Source of the DNA: Rebecca billardiae RCC1528
Taxonomy: Eukaryota > Protista > Haptophyta
Length of the DNA stretch: 64,000 bases
Assembly: GCA_965240325.2 (NCBI GenBank)
Contig: OZ251247.1
Span: 496,001-560,000, forward strand
Direction of reading: 5' to 3'
Below are positions 55,357 through 64,000 of this stretch, piece after piece. Within the stretch, counting starts at the first letter, position 1. Each line of letters starts with the position of its first letter. Under the pieces are notes generated by a model. That model made no database searches, was not told the origin of the DNA, and worked only from the letters and a program-made list of their open reading frames with translations. A program made the position numbers and the translations under genes.

Positions 55357-58052
55357 CCCCGGCCGCGGTGCCACTATTCGATCGTGCAGTGCTGCCCGGT
55401 GAGAACGTGCTCTGATAATCATAATAGCAGTCTGCGTCTGTGCGCCGCCGGGCACCGCCACTTTTCCCGTGCAGTGTCGAGCTAGTGGTTTTCAGATCCG
55501 TGCGCCCACGTAGTGCGCTGGCGTCGGGGCTCCGCGCGACGGCCGCGGCTGAGGCACCCATAATAAGCTGTAGCGGGCTCATCCGATTCGATCCTCACTC
55601 ATCGGAGTCACTTCGATCTTCCGTTTCAATCACCATGCATGCCGTAGTCGTACAGTCGTGTATATTCCTGACAGGCTCATCAGCGCCTGCGGCCCTACGG
55701 TTGTGAATAGTACAGTGTAGTACTGGGGCAGGGCACCCGGCGCGGAGTGACTCGGCGCATGTGCCGTGACCGGCGGCGGCCCGCGGCGTCACGGCGTGCC
55801 TCACCCGGCGCGCGTGCCGACCGGCGGCGGCCCGCGGCTCACGGCGTGCCTCGCATGGCATCAGATTCAGACAGCAGCAGACTAAATACGGTGACTCTGC
55901 TGCAGTGTAAGGCGGTTCTCCGCCACGCTGATCGAGTGATTGAGCACTTGCTTGCTTCCCGGCGAGCGGCGCGGGCGGCGGCGACGGGATCATAGTCACA
56001 TCACAGTGTCTAGTGTCAGCAGCTATACTGACGATTACTATCGTCTCGTCATACTGTAGTACGCAGCTCGTCAGTCAACGCCTGCTGGCGGCTCGTCAGT
56101 CGACGCCTGCTGGCGGCGCTCACCACGACTCACACCAGGCTTATCCGACGATTGGCATCAGCATAGTAGATCAATCATGCAGCGTCGGAGTTCGTCACTA
56201 CGTCGACGCGGCCGGGGACCCGGACAGCCGCCATAACTACATTGTTGTTAGACTTACTCGGCGGAGTCGTCGGAGACTAAAGTTACGGCCGGACGCACTC
56301 ATCAGTGTCCGGATCAATTGACGACATCCGACCATATCAACGGCGCGGGCAGCACGGTCTGAGTAAAGTCTACTAGAGTAAAGAGGTAGTCATCAGTCAG
56401 CAGCCTCGGACGGCACGACGCAGTAGACGGCCACGGGGACGCCGCGGCCGCGCTGATGCTGCAAGTAGCGTATATGTGATGATGTAGAAAACGAGCCGTC
56501 GCGCGCTCGTCAAAAGTCCGAGGGCGAGGCCACCGCGCCCGCGGGACCTGCGTCGACCGCAGATCAGGTGTCGTCGGACAGCTGACTGACGGCGGCGGCG
56601 TGGCCGGCGCAGGCGTCGCCCGGCCGCGGCCTTGGCCCGCGCAGTCATTGACGGCACTCGGTCCCGTGGCATCCGAAGGCAGTGTCACAGACCATGATGG
56701 CGGCATACATCCGCGAGTCACACCCGCGGCCCGCCGCCGTCCGCGTCCGCGCGCCGATGATGGCGGTCTGGCCGCGCGCGACACGGTCGTTCTTCTCCGG
56801 CGGATCCCAATCATGCTGCGGTGGAGGCGGCGACGGAGGCGGTTCGACGCCGCGTCTGCCAGCGTGGAAGCGCGGGGCGGCGCTGCGGCAGAATGTGGCT
56901 GCGCCACTCCAGCTGCCGCCTAATGCGGCGTGGATATGCACGCGCGCTCCTCATGTGCGCAGTCGCGGGTGAGGCTCACCGCCGAGCCGGGTAAGCACCC
57001 TCCGCCTACTTGACTGTCGGCCTGTCGACATGCTCTGCACGAGGACCCCGCGCCTTGCGCGCAGATGGCCAGCAGGCACACCGTTCCATCACCGATCACG
57101 GCGCCGCTGCTTGAGCGGCGAGCGCGAGCGACCGACAGCGCCGGCGCGCCGGGCCTGCGCCGTTCTGATGCCGCATGCAGCGCATGCGCTGCCACCAGCG
57201 AGGCCGTGGCGGGCTGCGATTGCCGCGCTCCAGCCGCCGCTGCACGCGGCACGGATGGCACAGCACGTGCCTCCACATAGTGCTCGTGGCTGACGGTATA
57301 GCCGCCTCTTCGGCCTGTGGCGTCGGCGTCCTCAAGTCCGCCTGCCGCAGTCGGCCTGCAGCAGCGGGCAGCGGACGAGAGGGTGTGGTGCAGCGCAGCG
57401 GTGACCGAGACGGAGAGGGCCACGCAGCCGGGCGCAGATAAGCATGGGTTGGACGCTCCCTTCGCCACGCTCATGAACGACGACCTGCAACATCCCGCTG
57501 GCACTCAACGCCATCGAGGAAGCGTGAGCGCTCTCGTCTGACGAAATCGCGCAAAAGTGTTCCTCTGATACGCCGGACTCGTCGTCGCCCCCCGGCCTCC
57601 TCCCTGCAGGATCATAGGGCTTTGGACGTGTGTGCCTTTGGCCTCGGCTGCTTCGCTGACATGAGTCAGTGCTTTCGCGAGACTCTGATTCCAATCTGCT
57701 CAGTTTTCATTGTCTTTCATGGGACTTTACTCAAAATGTGGGTGACATGATTCACTCGTTTCGGCCAATGGGAGCACTGCTTTCGTGATTTTCGAGAGCC
57801 TCCCTTTTTCGCGAACACTCGTTTATTCGCCCCACAAGAAATTAACGCAATGCGATCGACGTGTCGAGTCGTCATCGCGAGACGCGGGTGCGGGTGGCCA
57901 CCGTCCGGCTACGTACGCTGCCAGCGAGCTGGGCTAGGCGGCGGGAGAGGCGGCGGGCGCGCGACTGCCGGCCTGCCGCATGCCCCTCGCCCTGCGACGC
58001 GCGCCGGCGCACGTGCCGCCGGTGGAGACTCAGACTCTGACTTGAGTCAGAC

Positions 58053-59102
58053 TCAGACAGGCACGCCCTCCACCACTGGCATGGGTTGACCCGGGTGGAT
58101 CGGCACGCCCACCGCCACAGCGGGCGTGCCGTGCTCCGGGTGCACCGGCCCCTTGGCGCGGGGGCCGAGGAAGGTGAGCGCGAGCGCCGAGTCGCGTGCG
58201 CACAGGTGCAGGTGCGCGCCTGACTCTGGTGTGTCCGACCAGCCGAGCACAAGCTGTGGGCAGCCGCGGGGCGAGAAGGTCATGTCCGTGTTGAGCTGCC
58301 AGACGTGCGGGTAGGGCGCGCCCGTCCAGTTGGAGAAGTGGCAGCGCGTGCCCGGCCGCCTGCCCATGTACCAGTCGTCCAGCCCGTACCCCAAAGTAGA
58401 GTGCCCCCCAACAACAATCAGGTGAGAGCGCGCGTCCAGCTCGACGTCAATGGCCTGCGCGGCGGGGACGAGGGTTGCGTGCATGGCCTTGTGGGACATG
58501 GTGGCGTCGACGTTGGTCGGGTGCAGGGCGAGGCCGCGGCCGCGGAACCGGCCGTCGAGGGCGAGCTTGAACGGCGGCCGCGCAGCGCTCGGTGCGCCGC
58601 GCGCGAAGCAGAGTCGCTGCGCGTCGCCCGCGGCGACCAGGTGGAGCCGCGCGCCCCAGCGCGGGATGGGCCCCCAGCCGAGGACGACGGCAGGGTCCCC
58701 GCGCGGCGAGATGGTCATGTCCTTCTCGTTGAGCTGCCACGCGTGGCAGCCCTCCACGTGCCAGTTGGAGAAGTGGCACCGCGTGCCGGGGGTGCGCTTC
58801 GCGAACCAATTGTCCAGCTGGAACCCGAGGGTGTGGTGGCCGGCGACGACGACGCAGCCGCCATCCGCCGCGAACGCCACCTCGATGGCCTCCTCGGCGC
58901 GGCCGAGGCAGACGTGGAAGGCGCGGTGCGTGTGCAGCGCGTTCACCTCGCCGTCCGCGAGCTTGAGCCCCGCGCCTGCGATCGAGCTCGGGGCTTCGAC
59001 CACGAGCCGCAGGCGGCGCTCCCTGGGCGTCCACGCGTCCGGCCGCATCTCGTCGAAGAAGCCGGACGCCGCCGGCGCGTGCGCACTTGGGCCGCACCCC
59101 AT
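58053..59102 (-). CDS. Lipid-anchored (MGCGPS) protein with two tandem ricin-B/beta-trefoil-like domains and a Pro/Val-rich tail, 349 aa
   Basis: Internal duplication: LDNWFAKRTPGTRCHFSNW..WQLNEKDMTISPRGDPAVVLGW and LDDWYMGRRPGTRCHFSNW..WQLNTDMTFSPRGCPQLVLGW. High third-position GC, intronless. The fold assignment rests on motif resemblance only. Confidence 0.8.
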   Translation of the reverse strand: MGCGPSAHAPAASGFFDEMRPDAWTPRERRLRLVVEAPSSIAGAGLKLADGEVNALHTHRAFHVCLGRAEEAIEVAFAADGGCVVVAGHHTLGFQLDNWFAKRTPGTRCHFSNWHVEGCHAWQLNEKDMTISPRGDPAVVLGWGPIPRWGARLHLVAAGDAQRLCFARGAPSAARPPFKLALDGRFRGRGLALHPTNVDATMSHKAMHATLVPAAQAIDVELDARSHLIVVGGHSTLGYGLDDWYMGRRPGTRCHFSNWTGAPYPHVWQLNTDMTFSPRGCPQLVLGWSDTPESGAHLHLCARDSALALTFLGPRAKGPVHPEHGTPAVAVGVPIHPGQPMPVVEGVPV

Positions 59103-59361
59103 GGGCTGACCGGCGTCCAGCTGCTACTGCTCCTCGACGGCGTCCACCGCTATGGCGGCCGGCCTCGCTCGTCGCTCGTCGCGCCGCCGCCGCGGCTCCT
59201 GATCAAGAGCAGCTAAAGCCGAGCAAGGGAGGGCGCCGGAGGGGGCCCGCCCATCAAAGGCTGTTCATGAGCTGGTCCGGGCTGGGAGTTCGGGAGACGG
59301 GAGTTGGGAGCCGGACAGGCCAACCGTCGCCGTGCGTCCTTGGTCAGAGCGCGCAGCAAGG

Positions 59362-60840
59362 ATGGCTCAACGCGAGGGCTCCGTGGCGTGCTCGGTGGCG
59401 TCGGCGCCGCGGCTGGCCGAGCTGCCCGCCGAGGTGATCGAGCGCATCCTGCTCTTGGTTGGCCGCCCGCGTGACATCGCTGCTGCTAACGCTGCCTCGC
59501 GCCTCTTCCGTGGCGCGCCCGGCGGCCGCTCGCCGGTCGAGCACGCGCTGCGCGAGCGCGCTCGTGCTCGCGGGCACGCGCGCGCGCTGCCAACCGAGCT
59601 GCCGGCGGGCGTGCGCAGCTGGACGGAGGAGCTCTTGGCGCGCGAGAGCGTGCTCGTACTTGCGAGTGAGCACGCGTCTCCTGTGGCGGCTGGCGACTGC
59701 TTCAGCGCGTTTGTGGACGCGGAGGGCGGGCTGCACATGTGCGGCGAGGAGGAGGAGGTGGACGACGACGGGCACAAGACGGGCGCGTACGTCCCGCCCA
59801 TAGCGACCAGCCACTCGGATCTGACGGCAATGCGTGTGCCCACAAGCGTGGCCTCGCTCGCCGCGGTGCGCGTGCGCTCTGTGGCCGCTGGCACTGACCA
59901 CCTGCTCGCACTGACCGACGCCGGCACCGTGTACGGCTGCGGCTACAACGACTTCGGCCAGCTCGGGCTGGGTGACGACGACGAGAGGCGTGCATTCGCG
60001 CACGTTCAGGCGCTCGCGGGCGAGATCAGTGTGGCCATCACGGCTGGCTATCGCCACAGCCTCGCGCTCACCGCCGCTGGGTGTGCGTACAGCTGGGGCT
60101 GCAACGATGGCGGCCAGCTCGGCCACGGCGACACGAAGGAGCGGTGGGAGCCGACGCGCATCGAGGCGCTGGATGGCGTGCGCGTTGGAGGGGTGGGCGC
60201 AGGAGGCGATCGCACGCTGCTTCTCACCGCGCGAGGCGCCGTGTACTCTTTCGGCGGAGCCTCGGCCGGCATGCTTGGCCACGACGACGAGGAGGATCAG
60301 CTCACGCCGAGGCGCATCGAGGCGCTCGCGGGCGTGCGCGCCGTGCACGTGAGCGCTGGCTACGAGCACAGCCTGGTGGTAGACGCAGCGGGCGCTTCGT
60401 ACTCGTTTGGCGGGGGCAGTCATGGTCAGCTTGGACGGGACGAACGGCGCTGCCGTGTCCCCGCGCGCATCGAGGCCCTTGCATGCGTGCGCGCCGTCCG
60501 CGCGTGCGCTGGCTCCTACAGCAGCGCTGTGCTGGGCGCGGATGGCAGCGTGCACACGTTCGGGAACAACTGGCACGGCCAGCTGGGGCACCCGGGCTCT
60601 CGCAAGCTGCAGCTGCCCATGCGTGTGCACGCGCTCGCGCATGAGCGCGTGTTCTGCTACGCCGTGGGCCGCACCCACTCGCTGTTTGCGAGTGCGGACG
60701 GCGCAGCGTACTCGTGCGGCAAGCAGTCGGCCGCGCTCGGCCACGGCGTGAGCGAGGCTACTGCTGAGGCTGGGTCGCTGCGGTCGCCCACGCGCATCCA
60801 GCAGCTGCTGCGCGTGGGCGCACGGCCGGCCTCGGGCTGA
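59362..60840 (+). CDS. F-box-like + 7x RCC1-repeat protein (copy 12, about 492 aa)
   Basis: LAELPAEVIERILLLVGRPRDIAAANAASRLF, then seven blades. Confidence 0.9.
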   Translation: MAQREGSVACSVASAPRLAELPAEVIERILLLVGRPRDIAAANAASRLFRGAPGGRSPVEHALRERARARGHARALPTELPAGVRSWTEELLARESVLVLASEHASPVAAGDCFSAFVDAEGGLHMCGEEEEVDDDGHKTGAYVPPIATSHSDLTAMRVPTSVASLAAVRVRSVAAGTDHLLALTDAGTVYGCGYNDFGQLGLGDDDERRAFAHVQALAGEISVAITAGYRHSLALTAAGCAYSWGCNDGGQLGHGDTKERWEPTRIEALDGVRVGGVGAGGDRTLLLTARGAVYSFGGASAGMLGHDDEEDQLTPRRIEALAGVRAVHVSAGYEHSLVVDAAGASYSFGGGSHGQLGRDERRCRVPARIEALACVRAVRACAGSYSSAVLGADGSVHTFGNNWHGQLGHPGSRKLQLPMRVHALAHERVFCYAVGRTHSLFASADGAAYSCGKQSAALGHGVSEATAEAGSLRSPTRIQQLLRVGARPASG

Positions 60841-61210
60841 GCATGGCTGGGTGATGTCGGCACCGTTCTGAGGCCGTGGCGCGGGGAGCACGGGTGTGTG
60901 GCTGTCACTGTGATGGGTGCACGCGGGTCATAACTCATATCCGATGCCAACCAGACGCCGACGCCGACGCCTCACGCATGTGCGTCACGACTGGCGACAA
61001 CCGCCGACAGCAGCCGGACGTGGACGACATTGAGGCGTGTCGAGCGCGCGACGATCTGCGATGCAGCATGGGCGCCGGTGCATAGCATGTTTCCGCACTC
61101 GTAAGTCGTAGGTGCCCCAATCCGATGAGACAAGGCCGTCGTGCCACCGGGGCGTGGATTTCGGTTTGCCCGAGACCGGCCAACTGTAAAGCACAGTGCC
61201 TGCTGTACAG
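60825..61210 (+). repeat. 3'-flank segment duplicated at about 63082-63455
   Basis: ccggcctcgggctgagca...gcacagtgcctgctgtacagta follows both copy 12 and copy 13. Confidence 0.85.
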
Positions 61211-61383
61211 TAGTTACGACATGATGCATCAGTATAGCGTCGTACTACGACTACTGCCTTGCGCACGTTAAAACAAATAATATAATAAACAAATAAACTG
61301 TACGGTAGTGTGTACAGCAAAACTGTACTACGATACTGATGCCGCTACTACTCAGATCATGAGTCGATCTTCGTCGCCCCTTA

Positions 61384-61579
61384 CAGGTGGATACGGGCTA
61401 ACTGGACACAGGGGCTATCTGGACACTCAGCGGGCGGCGGCCCTTGCTGTGGCGGAACTCCAGGGACCCCCTGAAGTCCGTCCCTGGCGCCCCTTCGACC
61501 CCAATGCTCCCAGGGAGGCCTCCGCGTGAGTTAGTTGGGTCGGCCACTGTCCAGATCACCCGTATCCACCTTGAACCTG
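61384..61579. mobile_element. MITE of about 195 bp, Tc1/mariner-pogo-like ends with TA flanks
   Basis: ta-CAGGTGGATACGGG..CTGGACA versus TGTCCAG..CCCGTATCCACCT(tgaa)CCTG-ta. The right end is slightly rearranged. Confidence 0.65.
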
Positions 61580-61607
61580 TAGTGTGGCGGCGAAAGCGAG
61601 CACGAGG

Positions 61608-63077
61608 ATGGCGGCTCATCAACGCAAGACGAGTAGCGCCGTGGCGTGCGCGGCGGCGCCGGCGCCGCGGCTGGCCGAGCTGCCCGCCGAGGTGATCGAG
61701 CGCATCCTGCTCGCGGTTCGCAGGACGCGTGATATCGCCGCCGCCAACGCCACGGCGCGCCTCTTCCGCGGCGCACCCGGCGGTCGCTCGCCGGTCGAGC
61801 ACGCGCTGCGCGAGCGCGCTCGTGCTCGCGGGCACGCGCGTGCGCTGCCGACCGAGCTGCCGGCGGGCGTGCGCAGCTGGACGGAGGAGCTCTTGGCGCG
61901 CGAGAGCGTGCTCGTGCTTTCGAGTGAGCACGCGTCTCCCGTGGCGGCTGGCGACAGCTTCAGCGCGTTTGTGGACGCGGAGGGCGGGCTGCACACGTGC
62001 GGCGAGGAGGAGGAGGTGGACGACGACGGGCACAAGACGGGCGCGTACGTCCCGCCCATAGCGATCGGCCACTCGGATCTGACGGCAATACGTGTGCCCA
62101 CAAGCGTGGCCTCGCTCGCCGCGGTGCGCGTGCGCTCTGTGGCCGCTGGCGAGCACCACCTGCTTGCGCTGAGCGATGCCGGCGCCGTGTATGGCTGCGG
62201 CAAGAACGACCAAGGCCAACTCGGGCTGGGTGACGACGACGAGAGGCGTGCATTCGCGCACATTCAGGCGCTCGAGAGCGAGGCCATTGTCGGCATCGCC
62301 GCTGGCTTTTACCACAGTCTCGCGCTCGCCGCCGCTGGCTGTGCGTACAGCTGGGGCGGCAACTACTGGGGCCAGCTTGGCCACGGCGACAAGAAGGAGC
62401 GGTGGGAGCCGACGCGCATCGAGGCGCTGGACGGCGTGCGCGTGGGCGGAGTGGCCGCAGGTGAAGCCCACACGCTGCTTCTCACCACGCGAGGCGCCGT
62501 GTACTCGTGTGGTGACGGCATCTTAGGCGCTCTGGGCCACGACGACGAGGAGGATCAGCTCACGCCGAGGTGCATCGAGGCGCTCGCGGGCGTGTGCGCC
62601 GTGCACGTGAGCGCGGGCGCTGGTCACAGCCTGGTGGTGGACGCAGTGGGAAGCGTGCACTCCTTCGGCTGGGGGGGAGGAGGCCTCCCCGGCGATGGAG
62701 ACGAGGGCCCCCAGCGCGTGCCCAAACGTGTCGAGGCGCCGGCGGGCGTGCGCGTCGTGCGCGCGTGCGCCGGCCCCTTCTGCAGTGCGGTGCTGGGCGC
62801 AGACGGCAGCGTGCACACGTTTGGGCACAACGACTTCGGGCAGCTGGGGCACGGCATCGATGGCGATTTTAAGCTGCCGGAGCGCGTGCTCGCCCTTGCG
62901 CATGAGCGCGTGTTCTGCTACGCCGTGGGCCGCACCCACGCGCTGTACGTGACAGCGCATGGATGTGTGTACTCGTGCGGCCAGCACTCGGCAGCACTCG
63001 GCCACGGCGTCAGCATGGCCGCAGAGCCTGGGTCACTGCGGACGCCCACGCGCATCGAGCAGCTGCCGCGTTTGTGA
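61608..63077 (+). CDS. F-box-like + 7x RCC1-repeat protein (copy 13, about 489 aa), a mosaic of other copies
   Basis: LAELPAEVIERILLAVRRTRDIAAANATARLF, then seven blades. Confidence 0.9.
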   Translation: MAAHQRKTSSAVACAAAPAPRLAELPAEVIERILLAVRRTRDIAAANATARLFRGAPGGRSPVEHALRERARARGHARALPTELPAGVRSWTEELLARESVLVLSSEHASPVAAGDSFSAFVDAEGGLHTCGEEEEVDDDGHKTGAYVPPIAIGHSDLTAIRVPTSVASLAAVRVRSVAAGEHHLLALSDAGAVYGCGKNDQGQLGLGDDDERRAFAHIQALESEAIVGIAAGFYHSLALAAAGCAYSWGGNYWGQLGHGDKKERWEPTRIEALDGVRVGGVAAGEAHTLLLTTRGAVYSCGDGILGALGHDDEEDQLTPRCIEALAGVCAVHVSAGAGHSLVVDAVGSVHSFGWGGGGLPGDGDEGPQRVPKRVEAPAGVRVVRACAGPFCSAVLGADGSVHTFGHNDFGQLGHGIDGDFKLPERVLALAHERVFCYAVGRTHALYVTAHGCVYSCGQHSAALGHGVSMAAEPGSLRTPTRIEQLPRL

Positions 63078-63773
63078 CACACCGCCGGCCTCGGGCTGAG
63101 CACGGCCGGGCGATGTTGGCACCGTTCTGAGGCCGTGGCGCGGGGAGCACGGGTGTGTGGCTGTCACTGTGATGGGTGCACGCGGGTCATATCCGATGCC
63201 AACCAGACGCCGACGCCGACGCCTCACGCATGTGCGCGTCACGACAACCCGTGGCACCGCCGACAGCAGCCGGACGTGGACGACATTGAGGAGGCGTGTC
63301 AAGCGCGACGATCTACGATGCAGCACGGGCGCCGGCGGTGCATAGCATGCTGTTTCACTCGTAGTCGATTGGATGAGTCAAGGCCGTGCCAGGGCGTGGA
63401 GTTCCGGTTTGCCCGTGAGACCGGCCAACTGCACAGCACAGTGCCTGCTGTACAGTATATTTGTTTTAACGTCGTGCGTAAGGCTCACGGTGGCAGGTTG
63501 CCGCGCCATCCTTCATCGCACGCTCTCCGAAGAGAGACCTGGAAAGGCTCCGGCTTCGGTTGACCCCTGCCAGTCCGGTCATAGAAACCGGGCGTACCGA
63601 AAATGAAAACGACCTTCGCGAGGTCGCACGGAGGCGGTCGAAGGCTTGCTGGACTCGGGCTGGCGTGCTGAGCGCGAATCCGCACCGTTTGCCGCGATCG
63701 CTTGTTTTTACACGGCGTCAGAGCCCGAATTTCACCATTTCTACTGGGAGTCCGGGTACTTTTGCCCACTGCC

Positions 63774-64000
63774 ATGGTGGTGCGGGCGCGACGTGCGCAG
63801 CGTGTTCGACGCCGACGTCTCGGACGAACAGCTGCGAGCTACTCTTGGCGAACGCGATGCCGAGCACCTCCTGGCGGTCGCGCGTGACCTCGCGATCGTG
63901 CACACGGTGGACACCACCACCGACCGCCGCCTGCGCAGCGGCGCCGCCACAGCTGCAGCCAATCTGCTCGACTCGCTCGTGCCGGAGTTGTGGATCGCCA
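63774..64000 (+). CDS. Start of a probable further F-box gene, truncated by the window edge, with a 1-nt frameshift after the ATG
   Basis: The frame ending NLLDSLVPELWIA resembles an F-box start. gccATG at 63774 is one base out of frame (atggtg-g-tgcggg). Confidence 0.4.

Larger units (their letters stand above)
52401..57852. mobile_element. Decayed 5.45-kb TIR element (CATTGCGTTAAT ends), possibly P-like
   Basis: 12-bp perfect TIR plus shared GTGGG.CGAA and AACGAGTGTT sub-terminal words at both ends. No clean TSD. The interior has only broken reading frames. Confidence 0.6.

Noticed and set aside
52845-57700. Intact transposase inside the 5.4-kb TIR element
   Set aside because: Only weak words (TFDE, ENWF) in broken frames; not enough to name a protein.

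Overview
Very GC-rich eukaryotic DNA, not bacterial. Short GCGC-rich spliceosomal introns, a GC-AG donor, intronic TTAGGG words and a small gene with a signal + transit presequence suggest a secondary-plastid alga. A haptophyte of the Pavlova/Diacronema type is my inference, not verified. The first 8 kb hold a partial low-complexity gene and a 12-exon seven-transmembrane receptor fused to a non-RD TKL-type kinase. From 11.7 kb to the end the window is dominated by 13 intact, intronless paralogues encoding an N-terminal F-box-like motif plus a complete 7-bladed RCC1 beta-propeller. Two copies add a RING-H2-like finger, one has an N-myristoylation-type start, and a probable further F-box gene begins at the window edge. 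The paralogues keep near-invariant scaffold DNA, differ strongly at the same few residues in each blade, and are mosaics of cassettes shared between distant copies. This looks like a recombination-diversified repertoire of SCF substrate receptors and is the main candidate for an undescribed system. The array is interleaved with non-autonomous or decayed transposons whose ends I located by eye: two nested TAGGG-ended TIR elements with 7-bp TSDs, a 425-bp-arm foldback element, a DIRS/PAT-like retroelement with split direct repeats and a 183-bp satellite, two CACAGTG-ended elements, a 5.4-kb TIR element carrying a tandem rolling-circle-like insert with covarying hairpins, and a MITE. Most long ORFs in the supplied track are antisense or GC-content artefacts. 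All coordinates were counted by hand and may be off by a few bases; no database searches were run.
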